Assembly: GCA_030390025.1 (NCBI GenBank)
Contig: CM059452.1
Location: forward strand, 10,292,001-10,356,000
DNA: 64,000 bases
Direction: 5' to 3'
Source: Squalus acanthias
Taxonomy: Eukaryota
The position numbers and the translations under genes are program-made. The notes under the pieces were generated by a model. The model was not told where the DNA came from. It made no database searches and saw only the letters and a program-made list of their open reading frames with translations. This document shows positions 33,980 through 45,060 of the stretch, piece after piece (position 1 is the first letter of the stretch; each line of letters opens with the position of its first letter).

Positions 33980-36900
33980 ATGAAGATAACCATAGCCAGC
34001 CTCAACATCAACGGCAGCAGGGAGGCGCGCCGTAGATTCAATAACTTCTCGGTCCTTCGGGACGGGAAATATGCGGTGTGCTTCCTGCAAGAAACCCACA
34101 CCGTTCCGGGAGACGAGGCTACGTGGCTCCTGGAGTGGCAAGGAGGGGTCAGCATGAGTCACCTCTCTAACAATTCCTGCGGGGTGGCTGTCTTGCTGGC
34201 CCCGCATTTTCAGCCGGAGATCTTGAGGGTCAAGGAGCACGTGCCCCAGGTCACTGTTCGCCTGGGAGGCGTGCCGCTCCATTTATTGAACGTGTACGCC
34301 CCCCGGACCGGTGCGCAGCAAGTGCGCTTCTTCGGAGAAGTGTCCGCTCTTCTGGGCTCCATCGACGTGGGCGAGTGCGTCATCCTCGGGGGGGATTTCA
34401 ATTGTACCCTCGAGGCGCGGGACCGGTCGGGTCCCCCGCGAAGCCCGGCGGCGATGGAGAAGTTGCGGGACCTGGTCGGGTCCTTCGACTTGGTGGACGT
34501 CTGGCGAAATCTCCATCCCGACTCCAGCGCCTTCACGAGCGTGAGGTCTGGAGGAGGAAGGTCCAGAATCGACCGCCTTTACATTTCCCGGGCGTACGTC
34601 TCCTGCGTTCCGGCGGCTTCCATGCGGCCGGTGCCGTGCACGGACCACCACCTGGTGTGGGCGGAGCTCGCTCCGCTGCGCGCGCGGGGGGGGTCCGCGT
34701 ACTGGCATTTTAACAACCTGCTGCTGGAGGACGCGCGGTTCCGGGATTCGTTTCGCCGGTTCTGGGCCGACTGGAGAAGGAAGCGGGGAGGCTTCCCCTC
34801 CTTGAGGCTATGGTGGGACGTGGGCAAGGCTCACGTCCGCGTCTTCTGTCAGGAGTACGCGAAGGGGTCGACCAAGAGGCGGGAGGCCCGGGTCGGGCGA
34901 TTGGAGAAAGAAGTGCTCGACCTGGAGTCCCGTCTCGGTCAAGTCGTCGAGGACCCGGCCCTGCGGAAGGTGTACGAAGAGAAGAAGGGCGCGCTGAAGG
35001 ACCTGCAGCTGGTCGGGTCCCGAGGCGCGTACGTGAGGTCGCGGATCCAGTTCCTGCGGGACCTGGACCGCGGCTCCCCCTTCTTCTACTCGCTGGAAAA
35101 AAGACGGGGGGTCCGTAAGCAGCTCTTGGGGCTGCTGGCCGACGACGGATCTCTGGTCTCGGATCCGGAGGGCATCAGCGCGGAGGCCCGGGCCTATTAC
35201 GGGGCTCTGTTCTCTTCGGATCCGTCCAGCGAGGATGCGCGCAGAGTTTTGTGGGAGGACCTGCCGAAGGTCGGCCCGGAGGGCGCCGAGAATTTAGAAG
35301 CTCCGCTAAGCCTGGCGGAGCTGACCGGCGCCCTGCGCCAGCTCTCGAGGGGCAAGTCCCCGGGGCTGGACGGGCTGACCGTGGAGTTCCACAGGGCGTT
35401 CTGGGACGTCTTGGGGGACGACTACGCGCGGGTCCTGGGGGAAAGTCTGGCGACCGGGGAGATGCCCCTCTCTTGGCGCAGGGCGGTCATCGTCCTGCTG
35501 CCCAAGAAGGGCGATCTCCGCCTACTTAAGAACTGGCGCCCGGTCTCCCTCCTCAGCACGGACTACAAAATTTTCGCCAGGGCTATGTCTGCTCGCCTTG
35601 GCACCGTGCTGGCCCGCATGATCCACCCCGACCAGTCCTACACGGTCCCGGGCCGGAGTATCCACGATAACATCCATCTGGTCCGGGACCTGGTCCACCA
35701 TTCCCAGAGGGCTGGTCTGTCGGTCGCCTTCCTTTCCCTGGATCAGGAGAAGGCGTTCGACAGGGTGGATCACGAGTATCTTTTCGGGACTCTGCGCGCA
35801 TTCGGGTTCGGGACGCATTTCGTCGCCCGGATCCGACTTCTGTACGCCGCCGCGGAGTGTCTGATTAAAGTTAACGGGTCTTTGACGGCGCCCCTTCGCT
35901 TCGGGAGGGGGGTGCGTCAGGGATGCCCCATGTCCGGTCAGTTATACGCCGTTTGCGTGGAGCCTTTCCTGCGCCTCTTGCGGAAGAGGTTGACGGGACT
36001 GGCTCTGCAAGGGCCGGGCGTGGAGGTGGTCCTCTCGGCTTACACCGATGACGTGCTCCTCGCGGTCACGGATCCCGTCGACTTGCGGAGGATGCGAGAA
36101 TGCCAGCAGATTTACTCGGACGCATCCTCCGCCAAGATCAACTGGGAGAAATGTTCTGGACTCCTGGTGGGCCCATGGCGGGTGGACTCCCTGCCGGAGG
36201 AGTTCGGGCCTTTCGCCTGGAGCACCACGCACCTCCTCTACCTGGGAGTCTACCTCAGCCCGGCCGAGGACGCCTGGCCGGCGAACTGGCAAGAGCTGGA
36301 GGCCAAAGTCACCGCTCGCCTAGGACGCTGGACAGGACTGCTCCGAGTGTTGTCCTACAGGGGTCGAGCGCTGGTCATAAACCAGCTGGTGGCCGCCATG
36401 TTGTGGTACCGGTTGATCACTTTGATCCCTCCCCCTGCGTTTGTCGCCAAGATGCAGAAGAAGCTCGTCGACTTCTTCTGGGACAAAAGGAAGCACTGGG
36501 TCTCTGCCGCGGTTTTGAGTCTCCCGCTTAGGGAGGGCGGTCAGGCGCTGGTGTGCCTTCGCACCCAGGCGGCGACTTTCCGTCTTCAGACGCTGCAGAG
36601 ATACCTGTACGTGGAGAATCCTCCTAGGTGGCGTGCGCTGGCGACGTATTTCTTCCGCCAGCTGCACGGCCTCAATTACGACACGCAGCTCCTGTTTGTG
36701 AGAGTGGGTGGCACGCGTGCCAGCCTGCGGGAGCTGCCTGTCTTCTACCAGGAACTGCTATGGGTTTGGAACAGCGTCGCCTCCGAGCGCAGTTCTCCCC
36801 CGTCAGGAGCGGCGGCCGTCCTTCGGGAGCCGCTGTTCAGGAATCCGCACCTCCACGACCGCGGGTTCGGCTGGCTGGCGGAGGGCAGGGCTGTGCCCGG

Positions 36901-37867
36901 TAAGGTGACCAGAGTCGGGGACCTGCTCGATGGCGGAGGAGCGGGCTGGATGGCGCCGGAGGAGTTGGCGAGGCGCATGTCCTGGGTCAACGTCCGGCTC
37001 GCGGTCAAAGCCATCGAGTCGCTAAAAGTGGCACTGGGCCCCGTCTCCACTAGGTGTGTCGAGGAGGCTCAAGCACGTGGGGCGATCCCGTCCGAACTGA
37101 CCCCCGTTCGGACGGAATTCCTTATCGGCGCCCGGCCCCGAATCCTCCCTCGGGAGCCGCCGCCTCACCACTTGAGCCTTCTCGGAGAAATGCCCTCCGT
37201 GCCCTTTCAATCCGCACGGAGGCGTTTCCTGTACGGGCTGCTCCTGCACACTCTCCACTTTGCCATCTTCGTCTGCCGTCCGGACACGCCTTGGCGTACC
37301 ATCCTGCCGTCCGGCGGAGGCGAAGGTCCCCATTGGAAGGCTCTCTACGCGGGAGTCTTCCCTTGTTCTATTGGGGACTTGGCCTGGAGGGTGTTGCACG
37401 GAGCAGTCCCGTGCAATAGGATTTTAAGTAGGTTTACGGACTCCCAGGCTGCTTGCCATTTTTGCGGCCTGGAGGAGTCCGTTTATCACATTTATGTTGA
37501 ATGTGAGAGGTTGCAGCCCCTCTTTCATTATTTGAAGGGGCTGCTCCTCAATTTCTGGTTGCACTTCAGCCCCACGCTCCTGATCTACGGTCACCCGGTG
37601 CGGAGGGGAGCGGGTAGGTCGGAGGACCTCCTCGTAGGACTGCTCCTGGGCCTGGCCAAGAAAGCCATTAATTGGTCCAGGCAGCGGGCGGTCGAGGGGG
37701 TCGTTCGGCCCGATTGCCTGCCTCTCTTCCGCGGCCATGTTCGCGCCCGGGTGGCCCTGGAGATGGAGCACGCGGTGTCCGCCGGCACGCTTGAGTTTTT
37801 CCGCGACCGGTGGGCGCCGCGGGGACTGGAGTGCATCGTCACCCCGCACTTTCAAATTTTAATTTGA
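33980..37867 (+). CDS. Tx1 ORF2, copy 1 (open; 12-bp in-frame deletion in the endonuclease; YTDD)
   Basis: SLNING, LQETH, GGDFN, TDHH; KSPGLDG, DQEKAFD, GVRQGCPMS, YTDD; CHFC..H..C. Confidence 0.92.
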   Translation: MKITIASLNINGSREARRRFNNFSVLRDGKYAVCFLQETHTVPGDEATWLLEWQGGVSMSHLSNNSCGVAVLLAPHFQPEILRVKEHVPQVTVRLGGVPLHLLNVYAPRTGAQQVRFFGEVSALLGSIDVGECVILGGDFNCTLEARDRSGPPRSPAAMEKLRDLVGSFDLVDVWRNLHPDSSAFTSVRSGGGRSRIDRLYISRAYVSCVPAASMRPVPCTDHHLVWAELAPLRARGGSAYWHFNNLLLEDARFRDSFRRFWADWRRKRGGFPSLRLWWDVGKAHVRVFCQEYAKGSTKRREARVGRLEKEVLDLESRLGQVVEDPALRKVYEEKKGALKDLQLVGSRGAYVRSRIQFLRDLDRGSPFFYSLEKRRGVRKQLLGLLADDGSLVSDPEGISAEARAYYGALFSSDPSSEDARRVLWEDLPKVGPEGAENLEAPLSLAELTGALRQLSRGKSPGLDGLTVEFHRAFWDVLGDDYARVLGESLATGEMPLSWRRAVIVLLPKKGDLRLLKNWRPVSLLSTDYKIFARAMSARLGTVLARMIHPDQSYTVPGRSIHDNIHLVRDLVHHSQRAGLSVAFLSLDQEKAFDRVDHEYLFGTLRAFGFGTHFVARIRLLYAAAECLIKVNGSLTAPLRFGRGVRQGCPMSGQLYAVCVEPFLRLLRKRLTGLALQGPGVEVVLSAYTDDVLLAVTDPVDLRRMRECQQIYSDASSAKINWEKCSGLLVGPWRVDSLPEEFGPFAWSTTHLLYLGVYLSPAEDAWPANWQELEAKVTARLGRWTGLLRVLSYRGRALVINQLVAAMLWYRLITLIPPPAFVAKMQKKLVDFFWDKRKHWVSAAVLSLPLREGGQALVCLRTQAATFRLQTLQRYLYVENPPRWRALATYFFRQLHGLNYDTQLLFVRVGGTRASLRELPVFYQELLWVWNSVASERSSPPSGAAAVLREPLFRNPHLHDRGFGWLAEGRAVPGKVTRVGDLLDGGGAGWMAPEELARRMSWVNVRLAVKAIESLKVALGPVSTRCVEEAQARGAIPSELTPVRTEFLIGARPRILPREPPPHHLSLLGEMPSVPFQSARRRFLYGLLLHTLHFAIFVCRPDTPWRTILPSGGGEGPHWKALYAGVFPCSIGDLAWRVLHGAVPCNRILSRFTDSQAACHFCGLEESVYHIYVECERLQPLFHYLKGLLLNFWLHFSPTLLIYGHPVRRGAGRSEDLLVGLLLGLAKKAINWSRQRAVEGVVRPDCLPLFRGHVRARVALEMEHAVSAGTLEFFRDRWAPRGLECIVTPHFQILI

Positions 37868-38977
37868 TTTATTAAGTTTCATTTCAAGTTTTAATTGATT
37901 TACAGTAAATTTGCGTTCTGTCAAACCAAAAAGATGAACACCAGGTTATAGTCCAACAGTTTTATTTGAAATCACAAGCTTTCGGAGCTGCTGACTGAGG
38001 AGCAGCAGCAGCAGAGTGGTGGTCTCTGTGAGCAGGAAGAGGAGAAGGAGAAGGAGAAGGAGACCAGACAGCAGACCACCACCAACAACCAACAACCACA
38101 ACAACTGAGGTGCCTGGAGAGAGAGGACAGGAGAGGAGAGGGAGAAGAAAGGAAAGCCAAGGCCATCAACACCAGAGGGGAGGCCTTTCCACACTGCCTC
38201 CTCAATTGGCCTCCATTTTAGGAGAGGGAGAGAGGGGAGAAAACAACACAACAACCATCAACTGTTTGGAAGGAGGGAGGAAGGAAAGAACATCAGCTAC
38301 AGGTGGGTGTGATTCTGGTGCACTCTCCCAGAGACTTTGTTTTGTAGGTGGGGGGAGGAAAGAAGAAAAGAAGAGGGCCGAAACATCCAAGGGGTGTGTG
38401 TGTGTGTGTGTGGCTTTTGTAAGAACTAGGCCGCACACACCATATTAAACACCCCTTTCCCATTGCCTGACCTGGGACAGACAGCTGGAGCTGCCTAGGT
38501 GAAGTCCCCAATTAATTTAATCTTATTGGGCATCGTTAAGACCTGGTGCAGGACTGAGCCTGGGCATCTCCAGCTATCCCAGGTGAAGACATCTTCTCCC
38601 CCCACCAGAAGACCACCACCAAAGACTTTTATTACATCGGAGAGTGCACCCCCCTGCCAACACCCACCCACCCACCATCCTGAGTGGCGACCCTGCCCTT
38701 GCGGCTTCCCTCCTTCCCACCCCCCCTCTCTCTCTCTCTTTGTCTCTTGTCTCTCTCTGCCTCTCTCTCTAAGAGGCACCTCAATCTATTTTAATTAAGT
38801 ACCCATTGAGCAGAGGGCAGAAGGCCCCTCTCCTAATTAATTCATAAAAAGGGAGAGGTGTGCCTTCAATTTAAGAGCTCCCTCTGCTCAGGGGAAAAAA
38901 AACAAAAAAAACCGAGGCCATTAACACCTTCAGGCCTGTGACTTGGGGTGAGTGTAGCCCTTAAAGAACCCTCCATT

Positions 38978-41135
38978 ATGGCGACCACATCTTCGCCGGT
39001 GGCGGGGGCAGCGAGGACGTACGCGAGCGTGGCAGCCGCGGCCACGGCCTGCAGCCACGAGTCCTCCTGTTACCCCGTCACCTTTTACCCTCCTTACGAG
39101 GAAGAATGGGGTCAAGAGCTACACTCACCCCAACATGACTATAGAGGCGTGTGTAAAAGCCATGGCTGGGGTTGTCGGCCCTTCAGCCATCGTCGCCGCC
39201 TCTAAAATGTACGGCAAGGCTGTGTTCTTCCTGGGGTCGGAGCGGGCGGTGTCCCTGGCCATCGAGAAGGGGCTCACCGTGGGCGGGACCTTCCTGCCGG
39301 TGGACCCCCTTGAGGCCACCGCGCAAAGGATTGTGGTTTCCAACGTCCCGCCCTTTGTTCCGGGTGAGCTCCTCCTCCCCCACCTACGTCAACTGGGGGA
39401 GGTGAGGTCGGGGATCACACCCATCCCGCTCGGCTTCCGGGAAGCCAGCCTTCGGCACGTCTTCTCCTTCCGGCGCCAGCTTTTCGTCCGGCTGGCGCGG
39501 GAGGAGGACGCGGATGGCGCGTTCACGGTGCTCCACGGGGGGACCGCCCACCGCGTCTTCTGGACCTCGGACGGCGTGCGGTGCTACGCCTGTAAGGAGG
39601 TGGGGCACGTCCGCAAAAACTGCCCCGCCTCCAAGGCCGCCAAGACACCTGGCGCGGCCAGGGTTGGCGCCGCCGCCCCCCCTCCCCCTGATACTGTCCG
39701 CGCGTCGACGGCGACGGATGCGCGGTCGAAATCGGAGGCCAACGCCACCACGGCCTCCGGCGGGGAGGAGGGAGAGCGTCCGGGGGGAAGGAAGGCGCGT
39801 AGGAAAAATAAACATCTAAGGGCGGATCCCCTCGCGGAGGAAACATCGGAGTTGACCGAACTCACGCCCGAGTATATCGCGGAGTTGGTCGGGACGCATG
39901 AGACTGGGGGGGTCCTCGTGCCCGGGCCCGTGACCGTGACCGCAACTGCTGAGGCAGCTGAATCAAGACCTGCGGCCGGGCTCGGGCCCGAGGGGCCCAA
40001 GAAACCCAGTCGTCGGAAGGGGGCAGAGAGGGAGGCCCCAGCAGACATGGAGGCCTCCCCCTCTCCGGGCCCCAACTTGTTAAAAAGAAAGCTCCGCCCC
40101 CAGCAGGAGGACTGCGAGGAGGAAGGTCCCTCCGCAAAAGGGGGGCAGTCGCCCGCCGCGGGTGCTGCGCCCCACCCCACCACCGTCATCGTCGCGCGCG
40201 ATCGGCAGGGGTCGTCTGTCCCTCGGGAGGGTGAGACAGCCGAGTCTGTCCGACCTGTGCCTCCCGGGGATGGGGAAGAGACCCTGCCCGTGGGGGGGGG
40301 CGCGGAACAACCCGCGGAGGGAAATGTAGTTTCGGAACCGTTGCTCCTCGCCGGGTCGGGCGTCCTGGGGACTGGGGCGGGCGAGGCCAAAGAGGCTGAA
40401 GCCGAGCCCGCCTTTTATAACCCAGATATCTCCCAGGGACTGCTCGACCTGGTGGAGGAGTGTAGCAATCCCCAGCCCGCTGGGTCGGAGGTTGGTGGCG
40501 GGGAGACGGAAAGCCCCCTGACTCCGTCTCTGTTGTTGGCGCCGGACGTGCTGGAGGAATTTGGGATTATTTTCTCCCCGGTTTCTCCGGTCGCCCCGGC
40601 GCCTGAGGCGGGGGGGGGCCCCGAACCGCCGCCGCCGCCTCCCGGCCCGGCGCCCCTGAAGGAGCCCAGGGTGGACTCCTCTGCCACCGATCCTGGGGGT
40701 GGGATCGTGACGGAGGCGGGGCCGGCCGGTGCGGCCGAGCCGTTCGCTGCACCCTGTGTGACGGACGGGTTGGCCGCCGGTGACGACCTCCCGGAGGAGG
40801 ACGGGGACTCGGTGGTGGGCATCGAGGACGATTTGGAGTCCATCGGCAGCGAGGTGATGGACGCCCTCGTGCCCTTCACCGACTCTCCCCTCATCCCCGT
40901 AGGGGAACTCCGGGATTTTATGGCCGTGAGCCAGGGTCGTCACAAGAAGATCCGGCTGGCCCTCGACAAGTGGTCGGAGCTGGCGCTGCTCGTCGTGTCC
41001 GTCCGCGCCGCCGTTAAAATCATGGGCGCGGACAAGGACGTTGGCCGGCTCGAGCTGCGTCGGCTCAAGAGTTTCCACACTGGGCTGCTGAGGGAGTGGC
41101 GGTCGTCAGTGACCGCGCTCCCTCCCCTCCGTTAG
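38978..41135 (+). CDS. Tx1 ORF1, copy 2 (1-bp insertion at ~39050; open from 39135)
   Basis: GGCCTGCAGCC versus GGCCGCAGCC in the other copies; 666-aa downstream ORF. Confidence 0.85.
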
Positions 41136-41160
41136 GTAGAGGTTGCACTATGCTTCTGAG

Positions 41161-44100
41161 ATGAAGATAACCATAGCCAGCCTCAACATCAACGGCAGCA
41201 GGGAGGCGCGCCGTAGATTCAATAACTTCTCGGTCCTTCGGGACGGGAAATATGCGGTGTGCTTCCTGCAAGAAACCCACACCGTTCCGGGAGACGAGGC
41301 CACGTGGCTCCTGGAGTGGCAAGGAGGGGTCAGCATGAGTCACCTCTCCAACAATTCCTGCGGGGTGGCTGTCTTGCTGGCCCCGCATTTTCAGCCGGAG
41401 ATCTTGAGGGTCAAGGAGCACGTGCCGGGCCGCTTGCTCCAGGTCACTGTTCGCCTGGGAGGCGTGCCGCTCCATTTAGTGAACGTGTACGCCCCCCGGA
41501 CCGGTGCGCAGCAAGTGCGCTTCTTCGGAGAAGTGTCCGCTCTTCTGGGCTCCATCGACGTGGGCGAGTGCGTCATCCTCGGGGGGGATTTCAATTGTAC
41601 CCTCGAGGCGCGGGACCGGTCGGGTCCCCCGCGAAGCCCGGCGGCGATGGAGAAGTTGCGGGACCTGGTCGGGTCCTTCGACTTGGTGGACGTCTGGCGA
41701 AATCTCCATCCCGACTCCAGCGCCTTCACGAGCGTGAGGTCTGGAGGAGGAAGGTCCAGAATCGACCGCCTTTACATTTCCCGGGCGTACGTCTCCTGCG
41801 TTCCGGCGGCTTCCATGCGGCCGGTGCCGTGCACGGACCACCACCTGGTGTGGGCGGAGCTCGCTCCGCTGCGCGCGCGGGGGGGGTCCGCGTACTGGCA
41901 TTTTAACAACCTGCTGCTGGAGGACGCGCGGTTCCGGGATTCGTTTCGCCGGTTCTGGGCCGACTGGAGAAGGAAGCGGGGAGGCTTCCCCTCCTTGAGG
42001 CTATGGTGGGACGTGGGCAAGGCTCACGTCCGCGTCTTCTGTCAGGAGTACGCGAAGGGGTCGACCAAGAGGCGGGAGGCCCGGGTCGGGCGATTGGAGA
42101 AAGAAGTGCTCGACCTGGAGTCCCGTCTCGGTCAAGTCGTCGAGGACCCGGCCCTGCGGAAGGTGTACGAAGAGAAGAAGGGCGCGCTGAAGGACCTGCA
42201 GCTGGTCGGGTCCCGAGGCGCGTACGTGAGGTCGCGGATCCAGTTCCTGCGGGACCTGGACCGCGGCTCCCCCTTCTTCTACTCGCTGGAAAAAAGACGG
42301 GGGGTCCGTAAGCAGCTCTTGGGGCTGCTGGCCGACGACGGATCTCTGGTCTCGGATCCGGAGGGCATCAGCGCGGAGGCCCGGGCCTATTACGGGGCTC
42401 TGTTCTCTTCGGATCCGTCCAGCGAGGATGCGCGCAGAGTTTTGTGGGAGGACCTGCCGAAGGTCGGCCCGGAGGGCGCCGAGAATTTAGAAGCTCCGCT
42501 AAGCCTGGCGGAGCTGACCGGCGCCCTGCGCCAGCTCTCGAGGGGCAAGTCCCCGGGGCTGGACGGGCTGACCGTGGAGTTCCACAGGGCGTTCTGGGAC
42601 GTCTTGGGGGACGACTACGCGCGGGTCCTGGGGGAAAGTCTGGCGACCGGGGAGATGCCCCTCTCTTGGCGCAGGGCGGTCATCGTCCTGCTGCCCAAGA
42701 AGGGCGATCTCCGCCTACTTAAGAACTGGCGCCCGGTCTCCCTCCTCAGCACGGACTACAAAATTTTCGCCAGGGCTATGTCTGCTCGCCTTGGCACCGT
42801 GCTGGCCCGCATGATCCACCCCGACCAGTCCTACACGGTCCCGGGCCGGAGTATCCACGATAACATCCATCTGGTCCGGGACCTGGTCCACCATTCCCAG
42901 AGGGCTGGTCTGTCGGTCGCCTTCCTTTCCCTGGATCAGGAGAAGGCGTTCGACAGGGTGGATCACGAGTATCTTTTCGGGACTCTGCGCGCATTCGGGT
43001 TCGGGACGCATTTCGTCGCCCGGATCCGACTTCTGTACGCCGCCGCGGAGTGTCTGATTAAAGTTAACGGGTCTTTGACGGCGCCCCTTCGCTTCGGGAG
43101 GGGGGTGCGTCAGGGATGCCCCATGTCCGGTCAGTTATACGCCGTTTGCGTGGAGCCTTTCCTGCGCCTCTTGCGGAAGAGGTTGACGGGACTGGCTCTG
43201 CAAGGGCCGGGCGTGGAGGTGGTCCTCTCGGCTTACGCCGATGACGTGCTCCTCGCGGTCACGGATCCCGTCGACTTGCGGAGGATGCGAGAATGCCAGC
43301 AGATTTACTCGGACGCATCCTCCGCCAAGATCAACTGGGAGAAATGTTCTGGACTCCTGGTGGGCCCATGGCGGGTGGACTCCCTGCCGGAGGAGTTCGG
43401 GCCTTTCGCCTGGAGCACCACGCACCTCCTCTACCTGGGAGTCTACCTCAGCCCGGCCGAGGACGCCTGGCCGGCGAACTGGCAAGAGCTGGAGGCCAAA
43501 GTCACCGCTCGCCTAGGGCGCTGGACAGGACTGCTCCGAGTGTTGTCCTACAGGGGTCGAGCGCTGGTCATAAACCAGCTGGTGGCCGCCATGTTGTGGT
43601 ACCGGTTGGTCACTTTGATCCCTCCCCCTGCGTTTGTCGCCAAGATGCAGAAGAAGCTCGTCGACTTCTTCTGGGACAAAAGGAAGCACTGGGTCTCTGC
43701 CGCGGTTTTGAGTCTCCCGCTTAGGGAGGGCGGTCAGGCGCTGGTGTGCCTTCGCACCCAGGCGGCGACTTTCCGTCTTCAGACGCTGCAGAGATACCTG
43801 TACGTGGAGAATCCTCCTAGGTGGCGTGCGCTGGCGACGTATTTCTTCCGCCAGCTGCACGGCCTCAATTACGACACGCAGCTCCTGTTTGTGAGAGTGG
43901 GTGGCACGCGTGCCAGCCTGCGGGAGCTGCCTGTCTTCTACCAGGAACTGCTATGGGTTTGGAACAGCGTCGCCTCCGAGCGCAGTTCTCCCCCGTCAGG
44001 AGCGGCGGCCGTCCTTCGGGAGCCGCTGTTCAGGAATCCGCACCTCCACGACCGCGGGTTCGGCTGGCTGGCGGAGGGCAGGGCTGTGCCCGGTAAGGTG

Positions 44101-45060
44101 ACCAGAGTCGGGGACCTGCTCGATGGCGGAGGAGCGGGCTGGATGGCGCCGGAGGAGTTGGCGAGGCGCATGTCTTGGGTCAACGTCCGGCTCGCGGTCA
44201 AAGCCATCGAGTCGCTAAAAGTGGCACTGGGCCCCGTCTCCACTAGGTGTGTCGAGGAGGCTCAAGCACGTGGGGCGATCCCGTCCGAACTGACCCCCGT
44301 TCGGACGGAATTCCTTATCGGCGCCCGGCCCCGAATCCTCCCTCGGGAGCCGCCGCCTCACCACTTGAGCCTTCTCGGAGAAATGCCCTCCGTGCCCTTT
44401 CAATCCGCACGGAGGCGTTTCCTGTACGGGCTGCTCCTGCACACTCTCCACTTTGCCATCTTCGTCTGCCGTCCGGACACGCCTTGGCGTACCATCCTGC
44501 CGTCCGGCGGAGGCGAAGGTCCCCATTGGAAGGCTCTCTACGCGGGAGTCTTCCCTTGTTCTATTGGGGACTTGGCCTGGAGGGTGTTGCACGGAGCAGT
44601 CCCGTGCAATAGGATTTTAAGTAGGTTTACGGACTCCCAGGCTGCTTGCCATTTCTGCGGCCTGGAGGAGTCCGTCTATCACATTTATATTGAGTGTGAG
44701 AGGTTGCAGCCCCTCTTTCATTATTTGAAGGGGCTGCTCCTCAATTTCTGGTTGCACTTCAGCCCCACGCTCCTGATCTACGGTCACCCGGTGCGGAGGG
44801 GAGCGGGTAGGTCGGAGGACCTCCTCGTAGGACTGCTCCTGGGCCTGGCCAAGAAAGCCATTAATTGGTCCAGGCAGCGGGCGGTCGAGGGGGTCGTTCG
44901 GCCCGATTGCCTGCCTCTCTTCCGCGGCCATGTTCGCGCCCGGGTGGCCCTGGAGATGGAGCACGCGGTGTCCGCCGGCACGCTTGAGTTTTTCCGCGAC
45001 CGGTGGGCGCCGCGGGGGCTGGAGTGCATCGTCACCCCGGACTTCCAAATTTTGATTTGA
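41161..45060 (+). CDS. Tx1 ORF2, copy 2, intact APE endonuclease-reverse transcriptase (1299 aa)
   Basis: All APE and RT motifs present, including YADD and the C-terminal CCHC. Confidence 0.95.
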   Translation: MKITIASLNINGSREARRRFNNFSVLRDGKYAVCFLQETHTVPGDEATWLLEWQGGVSMSHLSNNSCGVAVLLAPHFQPEILRVKEHVPGRLLQVTVRLGGVPLHLVNVYAPRTGAQQVRFFGEVSALLGSIDVGECVILGGDFNCTLEARDRSGPPRSPAAMEKLRDLVGSFDLVDVWRNLHPDSSAFTSVRSGGGRSRIDRLYISRAYVSCVPAASMRPVPCTDHHLVWAELAPLRARGGSAYWHFNNLLLEDARFRDSFRRFWADWRRKRGGFPSLRLWWDVGKAHVRVFCQEYAKGSTKRREARVGRLEKEVLDLESRLGQVVEDPALRKVYEEKKGALKDLQLVGSRGAYVRSRIQFLRDLDRGSPFFYSLEKRRGVRKQLLGLLADDGSLVSDPEGISAEARAYYGALFSSDPSSEDARRVLWEDLPKVGPEGAENLEAPLSLAELTGALRQLSRGKSPGLDGLTVEFHRAFWDVLGDDYARVLGESLATGEMPLSWRRAVIVLLPKKGDLRLLKNWRPVSLLSTDYKIFARAMSARLGTVLARMIHPDQSYTVPGRSIHDNIHLVRDLVHHSQRAGLSVAFLSLDQEKAFDRVDHEYLFGTLRAFGFGTHFVARIRLLYAAAECLIKVNGSLTAPLRFGRGVRQGCPMSGQLYAVCVEPFLRLLRKRLTGLALQGPGVEVVLSAYADDVLLAVTDPVDLRRMRECQQIYSDASSAKINWEKCSGLLVGPWRVDSLPEEFGPFAWSTTHLLYLGVYLSPAEDAWPANWQELEAKVTARLGRWTGLLRVLSYRGRALVINQLVAAMLWYRLVTLIPPPAFVAKMQKKLVDFFWDKRKHWVSAAVLSLPLREGGQALVCLRTQAATFRLQTLQRYLYVENPPRWRALATYFFRQLHGLNYDTQLLFVRVGGTRASLRELPVFYQELLWVWNSVASERSSPPSGAAAVLREPLFRNPHLHDRGFGWLAEGRAVPGKVTRVGDLLDGGGAGWMAPEELARRMSWVNVRLAVKAIESLKVALGPVSTRCVEEAQARGAIPSELTPVRTEFLIGARPRILPREPPPHHLSLLGEMPSVPFQSARRRFLYGLLLHTLHFAIFVCRPDTPWRTILPSGGGEGPHWKALYAGVFPCSIGDLAWRVLHGAVPCNRILSRFTDSQAACHFCGLEESVYHIYIECERLQPLFHYLKGLLLNFWLHFSPTLLIYGHPVRRGAGRSEDLLVGLLLGLAKKAINWSRQRAVEGVVRPDCLPLFRGHVRARVALEMEHAVSAGTLEFFRDRWAPRGLECIVTPDFQILI

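Larger units (their letters stand above)
30832..37936 (+). mobile_element. Tx1-clade non-LTR retrotransposon, copy 1 (full length, ~7.1 kb)
   Basis: ~1 kb 5' UTR, ORF1, ORF2 (APE-RT-CCHC) and a ~70 nt 3' UTR ending AAAAAGATG. Confidence 0.93.
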
